From an uncultured Holophagales bacterium (GTDB lineage: Bacteria; Acidobacteriota; Thermoanaerobaculia; Multivoradales; UBA5704): a stretch of DNA of 64,000 bases. Every line of letters starts with the position of its first letter. Positions within the stretch are counted from its first letter, which is position 1. Under the pieces are notes generated by a model that saw nothing but the letters and a program-made list of their open reading frames with translations, did not search any database and was not told the DNA's origin. The stretch lies in contig CAWJGT010000003.1 of the NCBI GenBank assembly GCA_963842525.1, positions 928,001 to 992,000 on the forward strand, read 5' to 3'. Below are positions 10,013 to 21,841 of the stretch, piece by piece. Made by a program: the position numbers and the translations under genes.

Positions 10013-11317
10013 ATGGCCCTGACCCCCACCGTCGCAATCGTCGGCCGGCCCAATGTGGGCAAGTCGACCCTCTTCAACCGCCTGGTGGGGCGGCGCAAGG
10101 CGATCGTCCATGACATGCCGGGGGTGACGCGCGACCGCATCACCGGCATTGCCGAGATCGCGGGGGACCGGCACATCCAGGTGGTCGACACCGGTGGGCT
10201 GATGCTCGGCGAGGACCCCCTGGGCCTCAGCCGGCAGGTCTTCCTCGCGGTGGAGGAGAGCGATCTCCTGCTCTTCCTGGTGGACGGCAGGCAGGGGCTG
10301 GTGTCCGCCGACGAGACGATCTGGGAGCGGCTGCGGCGGTACAACAAGCCGGTGATCCTGGTGGTCAACAAGGGGGACACGCGCGAGGCCCGCGAGCGGT
10401 TCCCGGAGTTCTACAGCCTGGGCATCGACCAGCAGCTCCTGGTCTCGGCCGAGCACGGTAGCGGCATCGAGGACCTGCGCGAAGCGCTCGCGCTGGCCCT
10501 GCCGGAGCTGCCCGAGACCCCCGCGCCGGACGCTCCGGCCATCGCCATCGTCGGCCGGCCCAACGTCGGCAAATCGTCGCTCCTCAACCGGATCTCGGGC
10601 TTGCCGCGCGCCCTGGTCTCGCCCATGGCGGGCACCACCCGCGATCCGGTCGACACCCTGATCGAGCGCGCTGGCAAGAGCTATCTGCTGATCGACACCG
10701 CCGGCATCCGGCGCCGCAGCCAGACCTCCGGCCAGCCCGAGGAGCTGGCGGTGATGATGGCGCGGCGGCAGATCGAGCGGGCGCAGGTCGCCGTGCTGGT
10801 GCTCGACGCCTCCCAGGGGATGACCAGCGGCGACATGGCCATCGCCGGCACCATCTGGGAGCTGGGCCGCGCCGCCGTGGTGGCGGTCAACAAGTGGGAC
10901 CTGCTGGACGACGAGGGACGGGAGCGGCTGGAGAAGTCCTACGAGAAGCTGCACGAGATGCTCGCCCAACCCGGCCGGGTCAACGTCTCGGCGCTGTCGG
11001 GCCGCGCAGTGGAGAAGCTGTGGGGCCCCATCGACCGCGCGCTCGGCGCCTACAACGTGCGGCTGGGGACCGGCCAGCTCAACCGCATCTTCGAGGCGGC
11101 CATCAAGAAGGTCGGTCCTCCCTCGCTCGACGGAGCGCACTGGAAGGTCTACTACACGACCCAGGTCTCGACCGCGCCGCCGACCTTCATGCTGTTCGCC
11201 AACCGGCTCCTGCCCCGGAACCACCACTACCGCCGCTACCTCGAGAACCGTATGCGTGAGGAGCTCGACCTGCCGGGCGTCCCCGTGCGGCTGGTGATCC
11301 GGAAGCGGACCGAATGA
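10013..11317 (+). CDS. der: Ribosome biogenesis GTPase Der
   Basis: Two GRPNVGKS P-loops and a C-terminal KH-like domain. Confidence 0.96.
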   Translation: MALTPTVAIVGRPNVGKSTLFNRLVGRRKAIVHDMPGVTRDRITGIAEIAGDRHIQVVDTGGLMLGEDPLGLSRQVFLAVEESDLLLFLVDGRQGLVSADETIWERLRRYNKPVILVVNKGDTREARERFPEFYSLGIDQQLLVSAEHGSGIEDLREALALALPELPETPAPDAPAIAIVGRPNVGKSSLLNRISGLPRALVSPMAGTTRDPVDTLIERAGKSYLLIDTAGIRRRSQTSGQPEELAVMMARRQIERAQVAVLVLDASQGMTSGDMAIAGTIWELGRAAVVAVNKWDLLDDEGRERLEKSYEKLHEMLAQPGRVNVSALSGRAVEKLWGPIDRALGAYNVRLGTGQLNRIFEAAIKKVGPPSLDGAHWKVYYTTQVSTAPPTFMLFANRLLPRNHHYRRYLENRMREELDLPGVPVRLVIRKRTE

Positions 11318-11321
11318 CCAG

Positions 11322-11951
11322 ATGACCAAACCATTGCGGTGGGGCTCCGGCCCCCTCCTCCCGCTGCTCGCCGCGGCGCTGCTCGCCGGCGCCTGCAAGC
11401 TCCGGCCGGGAGACGGCGCCTCCCTCCGCGGCGGAGCGCAGGAGAAAGGGACGTCCGCCCTGATGGAGGAAGCTGCCCGGGCCCAGTACCGGCCGCCTGC
11501 GGACGGGCGCCTCGACGGCCGGCAGGTCGAGAGCTTCCTGGCGGTGCGGGAGCGTGCGCTGAAGATCCGTGAAGAGCGGCGGGAAGACCTCGCGACCGCC
11601 GACCTGCGCGCCGCCCGGGACTTGGGCTACAACCCGAAGGAGCTGCGGTGGATTGAGGAGCGGGTCCTCGAAGCCCGGGTCTCCCGCCTGGGTGAAGACC
11701 TCGACCAGCGGATCGATGCGAGCCGGCGGCAGTTCGTCGAAGATCTGCAAGAGGAGAGGAAGACGGTTACCGATCCGGTCCGAAGAGCGGAGGTCGATCG
11801 GCTCATTCGGCAGTTCAGCCCGAGATCGTCCAACCTCCCGCAACGGACGCGCCGGGGCTCAGTCGGTGAGGCCGTGCGTCACAATGCGGAGCTGCTGGCG
11901 CGGTACGAAGAGAAGCTCGAACGTCTGGAAGGGGCTCGAGCTGAGTTGTGA
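11322..11951 (+). CDS. Hypothetical lipoprotein
   Basis: Lipobox-like LLAGAC followed by a coiled-coil region. Confidence 0.6.
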   Translation: MTKPLRWGSGPLLPLLAAALLAGACKLRPGDGASLRGGAQEKGTSALMEEAARAQYRPPADGRLDGRQVESFLAVRERALKIREERREDLATADLRAARDLGYNPKELRWIEERVLEARVSRLGEDLDQRIDASRRQFVEDLQEERKTVTDPVRRAEVDRLIRQFSPRSSNLPQRTRRGSVGEAVRHNAELLARYEEKLERLEGARAEL

Positions 11952-12473
11952 GAAGGAAGCTCACCCTCAGGTTGCGTCGCAGGCTCAAGGGATTCGGGTG
12001 CCTGTGTGGCTTCCTGATGCTCCGTCGGCGAAACCGATAAGACCGTGATCAGGTCAGCGAACCTTGTGAAGTCCTGTGCATTGAAAGTGAGAAGAGAACG
12101 AACACCGTGAATCAGCATGCAGGCGACGATGTTTGCATCATGGACCTGCTTCCCCGCGACTTCATAGCGCTCGACCAGCTCGATGAGTCGCGCCGAGACC
12201 GCAGAATCCTCTTGAATCACGTGAAGCTCCGACTGAAATGTGCGAACGTTGTCGAGCGCATCACGGAGCGTGGATTTATCGACCCTGCCCGCGTCGGGGC
12301 GAGTTGCCACAGCGAGATATTCTCTGACGATCTGTGTGCTGATGACGAGCTGCAATTCCTCGCCGGCGGGCGAAGCTCAGCAACGCCTCTGCGTCACGCT
12401 GCCACGGCGAACGAGCGTTCGTCGCATACACCAGAACGTTGGTATCGACGAACCACTTTTCAGCGGCCGTCAT
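11879..12473 (-). CDS. PIN-domain (VapC-like) toxin, frameshifted near 12355
   Basis: WFVDTNVLVYA in one frame continues as LVISTQIVREYL...VHDANIVACM...LLTFNAQDF in another. Confidence 0.8.
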
Positions 12474-12702
12474 CGCTGTAGATGTCTTCGCGGCGAAAGG
12501 CTGCGTCCGCGGGCCAGCCATTCAGATCGAGGAGCTTCAGCCGGAGGGGTTCCTTCGAGGTTTCCTTGCGAGGCAGGCGTATTACATCCTCGATGACCAG
12601 AATGGCCCGGTGCGTTCCAGGCACGACATTAGGCGGGGCTTGAGCCACGACACGTAGCTCCCCATCCTTGGCAACGACAGCCTGCGTCTCCAAGACCATC
12701 AT
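12460..12702 (-). CDS. Putative antitoxin of the PIN toxin
   Basis: 80 aa, overlaps toxin start, ends FRREDIYSDDGR as seen in VapB-like partners. Confidence 0.65.
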   Translation of the reverse strand: MMVLETQAVVAKDGELRVVAQAPPNVVPGTHRAILVIEDVIRLPRKETSKEPLRLKLLDLNGWPADAAFRREDIYSDDGR

Positions 12703-12793
12703 GGGTACCAAGTGTACGTCAGGCTTGGGCGACCAGCAAGCCACGACTCTACATATACTCTCCCGCGACATGAACACCTATGAGACACCTGGG

Positions 12794-13930
12794 ATGAGAC
12801 AACGCTGGGCGACCCGCCTGGTCTGCTCGCGGACGGGAGAGGCCGGCGAGCTCGACGCGCCGGCGTTTCTCTCCCCGGCTGGAGCGCCCTGGCTGGTCGA
12901 GTACGATCTGGATGCCGAGAAGGGAGAGCGGCTGCGGCGGGCCCTGCCGGACCGGCCGTGGACCCTCTGGCGGTACCGCGAGCTGCTCCCCCTTGCGCAT
13001 TTCGACGAGCGGGTGGACCTGGGAGAGGGGGGAACGCCCCTCGTCCGCCTGCGCCGCCTGGCTCCTCCGGGTGTCGAGGTGCTGGTCAAGGACGAGGCGC
13101 TCAATCCGACCGGCTCGTTCAAGGCGCGCGGGCTCTCCCTGGCGGTCAACCGTGCGCGGGAGCTGGGAGCGCCGGGGGTCCAGCTCGCCAGCGCCGGCAA
13201 TGCGGCCCTGGCCCTCACGGCCTATGCCGCGGCGGCCGGCATCCCGGCGCGGGTGGCGTTGCCGGCCGACACGCCGCGGACGGTCTTCGAGCGGTGCCGC
13301 GAGCATGGCGCCGAGGTGCTCTCTTCGCCAGGGACCCTGGTCGATGCCGCGAAGCTGTTGGGCGAGGGTTATTGGAACGTCTCGACCCTGCGCGAGCCCT
13401 ACCGCGCCGAAGGGAAGAAGACCATGGGGCTCGAGCTGGCCGAGCAGCTCGGCTGGGAGCTGCCGGACTGGATCGTCTACCCGCTCGGCGGAGGCACGGG
13501 GATCGTGGGCATGCACAAGGCCTTCGGCGAGCTGCGGCGGCTGGGTCTGATCGGCCCGAAGCGGCCTCGTTTCGTCGTGGTCCAGATGACCGGCTGCGCG
13601 CCGATCGTGCGCGCCTTCGCCCAGGGGCTGGATGCGGCGCCGGCCTGGGAGGACCCGCAGACGCAGGTCTGGGGCTTGCGGGTGCCGCGGGCGATCGGCG
13701 ATTTCCTGGTGCTCCGGGCGGTGCGCGAATCCGGCGGACGGGCGATCGCCGTGGACGAAGATCGCCTCCCCGAGGTGACCGGCCGCCTGGCCCGGCAGGA
13801 AGGGCTCCGTTTTGGACCCGAGGGAGCCGCCGCCTTTGCCGCGCTGGAGGACCTCGCCGCCGCCGGGGACCTCCAGGAAGGGGAGCGGGTTGTGGTCTTC
13901 CAGACCGGCGATCCGGCGAACTACGTGTGA
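12794..13930 (+). CDS. thrC: Threonine synthase (PLP fold type II)
   Basis: LGEGGTPL, KDEALNPTGSFKARG, ASAGNA, EGKKTMGLE. Confidence 0.88.
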   Translation: MRQRWATRLVCSRTGEAGELDAPAFLSPAGAPWLVEYDLDAEKGERLRRALPDRPWTLWRYRELLPLAHFDERVDLGEGGTPLVRLRRLAPPGVEVLVKDEALNPTGSFKARGLSLAVNRARELGAPGVQLASAGNAALALTAYAAAAGIPARVALPADTPRTVFERCREHGAEVLSSPGTLVDAAKLLGEGYWNVSTLREPYRAEGKKTMGLELAEQLGWELPDWIVYPLGGGTGIVGMHKAFGELRRLGLIGPKRPRFVVVQMTGCAPIVRAFAQGLDAAPAWEDPQTQVWGLRVPRAIGDFLVLRAVRESGGRAIAVDEDRLPEVTGRLARQEGLRFGPEGAAAFAALEDLAAAGDLQEGERVVVFQTGDPANYV

Positions 13931-14967
13931 AGACCTTTCTCGACTCGCTCGTCTCCTCGGGGACCGCCACCGCCGTCGTGGGCCTGGTGGGCACCGCCGA
14001 TCGCATCCTCTGGGAAGCCGCGGCCGGCGAGGCGAGGCCTTCGGTTCCGGCGGAGGTGACGACCCGCTTCGACTACGCCTCCATCACGAAGCCGTTCGCG
14101 GCCACGTTGGCCCTGGTCCTGGATGCCGAGGGTATCCTGCCGCTCGCCGCCCGCCTCGGGGACATCTGGCCCGAGGCGCACCGGGATCTGGCCCGTACAC
14201 CGCTCTCCGACCTTCTCCGTCACCGCTCCGGCCTGGCCGCATGGGCTCCCCTGTACCACCTCTGCCGGTCCCGCGAGGAGGCCCAGAGGCTCCTGCTGGG
14301 CGGCGAGCTGCCGGGTGCCCGGGCCGAGACGTACAGCGACCTCGGCTTCCTCCTCTGGGGATGGACGGCCGAACGGCACACCGGCGAGCCTCTGGCTGCT
14401 CTCCTCCGCTCGCGCGTCCTCGATCCCCTGGGCCTCTCTGCGGTCGAGCCGGCCCCCGGCGATCAGCCGGACATGGCGGCGAGCCGGATGGACACGGGCA
14501 AGGAGGTGGACCTCGCGGCGAGCCAGGGGCTTGCGATCGAGACGCTCCCGCCGCCGCCCTTGGGCCACCCCCAGGACGGCAACGCCCGTTTCCTCCTGAG
14601 CCTCCCCGGCCGCTCCGGCCTTCTTTCGGGTCACGCCGGCCTTTTCGGCCGGGCTCGCGATCTCTGGGCTCTGGGCGCGGAATGGCTCGCGCCCCGGCGC
14701 TTGTTGGAACCCGGGGGCGTCGCTGGAGCTCTGGCCGGGGGAAGGCGCTTCACCCTGGGCTGGTTTCGCAGGAGCCTGCGCTACGGCGCCGGCCGGGCGC
14801 TCTCGCCCTCTACTTTCGGTCACACCGGTTTCGCAGGCGGCAGCGTCTGGATCGATCCTGAGAAGGGGCGGATCTTCGTCCTGCTCTCGTCGCGGATCGA
14901 TCCGCGCGCCGACGTGCACCGCTGGCGGCGGCAGTTCCACTCCCTGGCCGTCCGTACGGCGGGCTGA
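13927..14967 (+). CDS. Serine hydrolase, beta-lactamase family
   Basis: SITK (SxxK), YSD, FGHTGFAG. GTGA overlap with thrC. Confidence 0.8.
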   Translation: MKTFLDSLVSSGTATAVVGLVGTADRILWEAAAGEARPSVPAEVTTRFDYASITKPFAATLALVLDAEGILPLAARLGDIWPEAHRDLARTPLSDLLRHRSGLAAWAPLYHLCRSREEAQRLLLGGELPGARAETYSDLGFLLWGWTAERHTGEPLAALLRSRVLDPLGLSAVEPAPGDQPDMAASRMDTGKEVDLAASQGLAIETLPPPPLGHPQDGNARFLLSLPGRSGLLSGHAGLFGRARDLWALGAEWLAPRRLLEPGGVAGALAGGRRFTLGWFRRSLRYGAGRALSPSTFGHTGFAGGSVWIDPEKGRIFVLLSSRIDPRADVHRWRRQFHSLAVRTAG

Positions 14968-15004
14968 ACATCGATAGAATGTTCTTTTGGAGGTACAGCG
15001 CAAG

Positions 15005-16188
<1,184 letters not shown>

Positions 16189-16192
<4 letters not shown>

Positions 16193-16944
16193 TCGACCTC
16201 GGCGGGGTCAAGGTGCTCGTGACGGGCGGCAGCCGCGGCATCGGAGCCGCGTGCTGCCGTCTCTTCGCCCAGGCCGGCGCGGCGGTCATGATCCAGTACA
16301 TGGCGAGCAGCGCCCGGGCTCGGCAGGTCCTGAACGACCTGGAGCAGATCTCCCAACAGCCGCACCGGAAGGTCCGCTGCGACGTCACCGAGCCGGAGCA
16401 GATCCGGCAGCTCTTCGACTCCGTCCGCAAGGAGTGGGGCGGGCTCGACTGCCTGGTCAATAACGCGGGCGTCTGGATCCATGACCCCTTGGTCGAGCTC
16501 GACGAGACGAAGCTGGGAGCCACCCTGGCGGTCAACGTCGTGGGCCCCTTCCTCTGTGCCCGCGAAGCCGTGCCGTTCCTCCAAAAGTCCCAGGACGGCA
16601 ACATCATCAACATCAGCTCGACCGCCGGGCAGCGGGGCGAGGCCTATTACAGTCCCTATGCGGCGAGCAAGGGGGCCATCATCTCGGCCACCAAGTCGTG
16701 GTCGTCGGAGCTGGCCCCGAAGATCCGCGTCAACGCCGTGGCCCCCGGCTGGGTCGACACCGACATGACGGCCGAGGCTCTTTCCGGCATACGGCGGGAG
16801 CAGGCTCTCGCCAGTATCCCCCTCCGCCGCGTCGCCACCCCCGAGGACATCGCCGGCCCTGTCATCTTTCTGGCCTCCCCCCTCGCCCATCACATCACCG
16901 GCGAGATCCTGAACGTCAACGGGGGGAGCGTGTTGGTGGGGTGA
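16189..16944 (+). CDS. SDR oxidoreductase (FabG-like)
   Basis: TGGSRGIG, NNAG, YAASK. Confidence 0.9.
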
Positions 16945-17715
16945 CGTTCCCCGTGGGCAGGCGGCTTTCGGTGGTCCTCGCGCTGGTCGCGACCTTCGGC
17001 CTGTCGGTCCTGCTCTTCGTCTATGCGAGCCGCCGGGAGGAGGAGGCCGTGCACCGGGTCTTCGAGGACCGGGCGCAGACCCTGGCCTCGGCTGTCCGTG
17101 TGAGCTGCGAAAGCCACCTGGAGGTCCTGATCTCGGTGCAAGCCCTGTTTTCGAGCGTCCCGGCGGTCGGCGGGCAGGAGTTCGGCTCGTTCGCGGCTCC
17201 GACCCTGCGCCGCCATGGACAGCGGCCGGATTCAGTTGCAGATGGCGGAAGTGGACCTCCAACTGTTGTTCGAGCAATCTCTGGAAGCGGTCCATCCCAT
17301 GGCCGACGAGAGGCGGACCGCGCTCGTCTCCTCGCCGGCCGGGGTCCGGTTGCTGGCGGATGCGGACCGCATCGTCCAGGTCCTGATCAACCTCCTTTCC
17401 AATGCCGTCAAGTTCTCGCCCCCGGACCGGGAGGTCCGTCTCTGGGCCGAAGAGAAGGAGGGAGGCTGGATGCGGGTCTTCGTCAAGGACCAGGGGCCGG
17501 GCATCCCGGATGGCTACCGGCAGAGGATCTTCGAAAGGTTCGCCAGGGTGGAGACCGCGGACAGCCAGGACAAGGGAGGGACCGGTCTCGGCCTCGCCAT
17601 CTGCAAGGTGATCGTGGAGCACCACGGCGGGAGCATCGGCGTCGACAGCGAGCCCGGAGTGGGAAGCACCTTCTGGTTCGATCTGCCGGGGGCCGAGAGC
17701 AATCAGACCAAATGA
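16941..17715 (+). pseudogene. Sensor histidine kinase with internal deletion (TM/CHASE-like start joined out of frame to HATPase_c)
   Basis: TM helix plus the start of a CHASE-like domain (16941-17215) abuts an ATPase ORF (NLLSNAVKFS, DQGPGIP, GGTGLGL). No HisKA phospho-His region. Confidence 0.65.
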
Positions 17716-17728
17716 CGCAGGATCTCCC

Positions 17729-17756
17729 CCCTGGGAGCGCCGGCGTCCCGCCGGCC
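17729..17756. repeat. REP-like palindrome; second copy near 515-540
   Basis: Minus strand gccggcgggacgccggcgctcccaggg matches gcgggcgggacgcccgcgttcccaggg at ~515-540. Confidence 0.65.
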
Positions 17757-17787
17757 AGGCGTCATCAGCAACAAGACAGCCTGGGCT

Positions 17788-18024
17788 TCATCGATGCGCC
17801 AGTTGACGTCTTGCTTCGGCTCGGACTTCTTCCCAGGGGACGCCGGGCTCGCCGGCCAAGGCGGCTCGCGCCCGCCGCTCGATCTCGGCGATCCACTCGT
17901 CTTCCGTTCTCTTCTCGGCTGGGCGGGAAGCGAGACTGTGGAGAATGCCGTAGGCGAGCTCCTCCCTCTGATCTTCGGCCAGTTGGAGGGCTTCTTCCAG
18001 GAGCTGCGCAGCGGTCCTCGGCAT
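17788..18024 (-). CDS. Addiction-module antitoxin (TIGR02574-like)
   Basis: LLEEALQL...REELA...WIAEIERR...VPWEEVR. Confidence 0.8.
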   Translation of the reverse strand: MPRTAAQLLEEALQLAEDQREELAYGILHSLASRPAEKRTEDEWIAEIERRARAALAGEPGVPWEEVRAEARRQLAHR

Positions 18025-18056
18025 AAGCGTAGCTTACCTGAGGACAGGCGCCGCAG

Positions 18057-18938
18057 CTACCTGCCGGCCTCAGCCTCCTGCAGATATCCCAGGCACTTGT
18101 AGATCAGCTTGGCGGTGAGGAAGTCGCTCGCCGGCTGATTGCCGATGGGGGCCAGCTCGACGATGTCCATGGCCACGACGGTTTTGGTCTGGAAGAGGTG
18201 GCGCAGCAGGCCCAGGGTCGGCGTCCAGAGGCCGCCTCCCGGCTCGGGGGTGCCGGTGGCGGGGACGAGGGACGGGTCGAAGTAGTCGACGTCGAAGGTG
18301 AGATAGACCTTCTCCGGCAGGCCGGCCAGCATCTTCGGGAACAGCTCGGCGGCGCGGTCGAGCTGGTGGCCCCAGATCACCGGCAGGCTCCGCTCGCGGA
18401 CGAGCGCGGCCTCGGGGGACGAGAGCGAGCGGATGCCCACGGCCAGGGTCGGGATGCCGGCATCGACCACCCGCTTCATGATGCTGGCGTGGCTGTAGCA
18501 GGTGCCCTCGAACTCCTCCCGCAGGTCGGCATGGGCGTCGAACTGGACGACGCCGATCCCCGGCCAGACCTCCTGAGCGGCTTTGATGGGTGCCTGGCTG
18601 AGGCTGTGCTCGCCTCCCAGGGTCACCAGGAATTTGCCGTGCTCGAGATGGAGGCGTGCTTCGGCCTGGAGCTCGGCGAGCCCTTCGCCCATGTCGAAGC
18701 TCTCGGGCAGGAACGGCGGGAGGGTGGCGATGCCCTGGGTGTAGGGCTCGCTCCCCAGCTCCTCGTCGTAGAGCTCCATGGCCTGCGAGGCGCGCAGGAT
18801 CGCCGAGGGGCCGTACGAGGTCCCCTTGCCGTACGATGTCGTGCGCTCGAAGGGGACGGGCAGGACGGCGACGCGGGCCGTCTCGTAGTCGCTCGCCTCC
18901 GGCTCCAGCAGGCCGAAGTTGGTGGGCAGGAAGGGCAT
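18057..18938 (-). CDS. speB: Agmatinase
   Basis: GGEHS, DAHADLR, DVDYFDPS, TGTPEPGG. Confidence 0.92.
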   Translation of the reverse strand: MPFLPTNFGLLEPEASDYETARVAVLPVPFERTTSYGKGTSYGPSAILRASQAMELYDEELGSEPYTQGIATLPPFLPESFDMGEGLAELQAEARLHLEHGKFLVTLGGEHSLSQAPIKAAQEVWPGIGVVQFDAHADLREEFEGTCYSHASIMKRVVDAGIPTLAVGIRSLSSPEAALVRERSLPVIWGHQLDRAAELFPKMLAGLPEKVYLTFDVDYFDPSLVPATGTPEPGGGLWTPTLGLLRHLFQTKTVVAMDIVELAPIGNQPASDFLTAKLIYKCLGYLQEAEAGR

Positions 18939-19086
18939 GGCCCGCGTTTCTAGCAGGCCGTCCCGCAGGTGTCAAACCTCCTTCCGCCCCCCTGCCGAAA
19001 AAACTTTGGCGAGTTATGCAAGATCGGCGGCCCGTTTTCCGTCTTTATAGGGGTGAGGCCCACTCTCGGGCCGAAGGAGGAGCGCG

Positions 19087-19845
19087 ATGGAGCTTCAGTT
19101 GTCCGACGAGATCCGCGACCGCATCCGCACGGCCCGGCGGGCCTTGGTCTTTTCCGGAGCGGGCGTATCGCGGGAGAGTGGGCTCGACACCTTCCGCGGA
19201 GCCGGCGGGCTCTGGGAGCGGATGCGGCCCGAAGAGCTGGCCACCCCCGAGGCGTTCCGGGCCGATCCGGGCAAGGTCTGGCGCTGGTATGCATGGCGCT
19301 GGCAGACCGCCGCCGCGGCCCGGCCGAACCCCGCCCACCTCGCCCTGGTGCGCTGGGAGTCCCTCTTCCCGTCCTTCCTCCTGGCGACCCAGAACGTCGA
19401 CGGCCTGCACACCCGGGCCGGGAGCCGCAACCTCCTGGAGCTGCACGGGACCCTGCTCCAGGCGAAATGCAACCGCTGCGGCAAGCGGCGGGACATGGGC
19501 GAGGCGATCGCCGAGTCGCCGGACGAGCCTCCGCTCTGCGCGTGCGGCGGCCCGTTCCGCCCGGCCGTCGTCTGGTTCGGCGAGATGCTCGATCCCTCCG
19601 TGCTCGGGCGGGCCCAGGAGGAGGCGGCGAGCTGCGATCTCCTGCTGTCCGTCGGGACCTCGTCGACCGTCTATCCCGCGGCTGGTCTGATCGACCTGGC
19701 GCGGGGAGCCGGCGCCTGTGTGATCGAGGTCAACCCCGAGCCCACCCCGTACTCGCGGCGGATCGACCTGCAGATCGCGGCCCCAGCGGGCGAGGCCGTG
19801 CCACGGCTCACCGAGGAGATCGAGCGATGCCGGTCACTTGGATGA
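19087..19845 (+). CDS. cobB: NAD-dependent protein deacylase (sirtuin)
   Basis: GAGVSRESG, TQNVDGLH, ELHG, Zn-binding Cys pairs, RPAVVWFGE. Confidence 0.9.
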   Translation: MELQLSDEIRDRIRTARRALVFSGAGVSRESGLDTFRGAGGLWERMRPEELATPEAFRADPGKVWRWYAWRWQTAAAARPNPAHLALVRWESLFPSFLLATQNVDGLHTRAGSRNLLELHGTLLQAKCNRCGKRRDMGEAIAESPDEPPLCACGGPFRPAVVWFGEMLDPSVLGRAQEEAASCDLLLSVGTSSTVYPAAGLIDLARGAGACVIEVNPEPTPYSRRIDLQIAAPAGEAVPRLTEEIERCRSLG

Positions 19846-20519
19846 TCCGCGAGCTGCCCAAAGGAGAACGGCCGCGCGAGCGGCTGCTGAAGCAGGGGAG
19901 CGGCTCGCTGGCGGACACCGAGCTGCTCGCGGTGCTCCTGCGCACGGGCCGGGTCGGCGCCTCTTCCCTGCAGATGGCCATGGAGCTCCTGCACGAGAAC
20001 GGCGGCAACCTCGCAGGCTTGCTGGCGGCCACGCCGCAGTCGCTCAAGCGGCCGGGCCTGGGGCCGGCCAAGGCCGCGGCGCTCCTGGCGGCCCTGGAGA
20101 TCGCCCGCCGCCTGGCCCGCGACGAGATGATGCAGGACCGCGAGCCCTTGCGCCGGCCGTCCGAGATGGTCCGCTACCTGAACATGCGGTACCAGTCCCG
20201 GGACCAGGAGATCCTGGGAGCCCTCTTCCTGGACATCCGCCAGCGCCTCCTCGGCGAGCAGGAGATCTACCGTGGCACCCTCGATCAGTCAGCCGTCGAG
20301 CCCCGGGAGGTCCTCAAGGAGTGCCTGCTGCGGGGCGCGGCCGGCGTCGTCATCTTCCATACCCACCCGAGCGGCGACCCGTCTCCCAGCCAGGAGGACC
20401 TGGACTTCACCCGGCACATGGCCGCCGCGGCCGACGTGATCGGCATCCGGCTCGTCGACCACCTGATCCTCGGCCGGCCGGGCCGCTGGGTTTCCTTGCA
20501 GGACAGAGCGCCGTGGTAG
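19827..20519 (+). CDS. radC: RadC (JAB-domain) protein
   Basis: ERPRERLL, ELLAVLLRTG, HTHPSGDPSPSQED, DHLI. Confidence 0.92.
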   Translation: MPVTWMIRELPKGERPRERLLKQGSGSLADTELLAVLLRTGRVGASSLQMAMELLHENGGNLAGLLAATPQSLKRPGLGPAKAAALLAALEIARRLARDEMMQDREPLRRPSEMVRYLNMRYQSRDQEILGALFLDIRQRLLGEQEIYRGTLDQSAVEPREVLKECLLRGAAGVVIFHTHPSGDPSPSQEDLDFTRHMAAAADVIGIRLVDHLILGRPGRWVSLQDRAPW

Positions 20520-20533
20520 CCTTCCGGCCCATC

Positions 20534-21823
20534 ATGAGCCCGTTGCACTACCACCTCGATTGCGCCAGCGGCATCGCCGGAGACATGTTCCTCGGAGCCT
20601 GTCTGGACCTCGGCATGCCGCTCGACGTGCTGGCCGAAACTGTCGCCCGGCTCGGCCTTCTCGGCGTGTCGGTCGAGAGCCGGAAGGCCTTGCGCGGAGG
20701 GCTCACCGGGACCCGCTTCCGCGTCCTGGTCGACGGCCGGCCGCTCGAAGGGCCGGACCCGGAGGAGGCGGGGCATTCTCATTCCCATGACCACGAGCAT
20801 CCCCACACCCACGAGCACAGCGGCGGGTACCATCACCATGATCATCACCACCATGACCATGGCCACGGGCGGGACCTCGAATCGATCAGCCGGTTGATCG
20901 GGGAGAGCGGTCTCTCGGCTCCGGTCAAGGAGCGCGCCCTCCGTCTCTTCTGGCGTCTGGGCGAGGCGGAGGCCAAGGCCCACGGCGTGCCGATCGAGCG
21001 GGTCCATTTCCACGAGGTAGGCGCGGTGGACTCGATCGTGGACCTCGTCGGTGCGGCGGCGGCCGTCGAGCTGCTCGCCCCCGAGCGCCTGACCTGCAGT
21101 CCGGTCAACGTCGGCAGCGGGCGGGTGAAGACGGCGCACGGGGAGCTGCCGGTGCCGGCGCCGGCGACCGCGGAGCTGCTCCGCGGTGTCCCCATCTACG
21201 GCGGTCCGGGCGGCGAGCTGACCACTCCGACCGGAGCGGTCCTCCTGGCCGAGCTGGTCGACGAGTACACCGAGCTACCCGCCCTCGTGCTGGAAGGGGC
21301 AGGGTACGGCCTCGGCCGCAAGGATCTCGCCCACCAGCCGAACGCCGTGCGACTCCTGCGTGGCCGCGGCGCCGAGGTTGCGCCGCAGGTCGCGGTGATC
21401 GAATGTGAGGTCGATGACCTGCCGGCCGAGGGGTTCGGGTTCCTGATGGAGCGCCTGCTCGACGCCGGGGCTCTCGACGTCTTCTTCACCCCCGTCCAGA
21501 TGAAGAAGAACCGTCCCGGCATCCTGATCACCGTCCTCTGCCGTCGCCCGCAGCTCGACGAGCTGGCCGGGACCCTGCTCATGGAATCCGGCTCGCTCGG
21601 CTGCCGTTATACCTTGGCGAACCGCTTCGAGGCGGAGCGCGAGACGGCCCAGGTCGAGACCGCGTTCGGTCCGGTGCGGATCAAGCGGGCCCGCTTCCAG
21701 GGCCGCCCTCTGGCCGCCGCACCCGAATTCGAGGACTGCAGGCGGCTCGCCCTCGCCGCCGGAGTTCCCTGGCGGGAGGTCTACCGCGCAGCCCTGACAT
21801 CCGCGGCGGCGCTCGACCGGTAG
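20534..21823 (+). CDS. larC: Nickel-pincer cofactor biosynthesis protein LarC
   Basis: DCASGIAGDMFLGA, His-rich insert, VHFHEVGAVDSIVD, MKKNRPG, PEFED. Confidence 0.92.
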   Translation: MSPLHYHLDCASGIAGDMFLGACLDLGMPLDVLAETVARLGLLGVSVESRKALRGGLTGTRFRVLVDGRPLEGPDPEEAGHSHSHDHEHPHTHEHSGGYHHHDHHHHDHGHGRDLESISRLIGESGLSAPVKERALRLFWRLGEAEAKAHGVPIERVHFHEVGAVDSIVDLVGAAAAVELLAPERLTCSPVNVGSGRVKTAHGELPVPAPATAELLRGVPIYGGPGGELTTPTGAVLLAELVDEYTELPALVLEGAGYGLGRKDLAHQPNAVRLLRGRGAEVAPQVAVIECEVDDLPAEGFGFLMERLLDAGALDVFFTPVQMKKNRPGILITVLCRRPQLDELAGTLLMESGSLGCRYTLANRFEAERETAQVETAFGPVRIKRARFQGRPLAAAPEFEDCRRLALAAGVPWREVYRAALTSAAALDR

Positions 21824-21841
21824 CGCCGGTCCCGAAAAGAC

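Noticed and set aside
7772-11398. Very long antisense ORFs (also 39786-43208, 34032-36515)
   Set aside because: Shadow frames of high-GC genes on the opposite strand with no recognisable motifs.
19087-20519. Sirtuin plus JAB domain as an anti-phage system
   Set aside because: Both are canonical CobB and full-length RadC within a housekeeping run.
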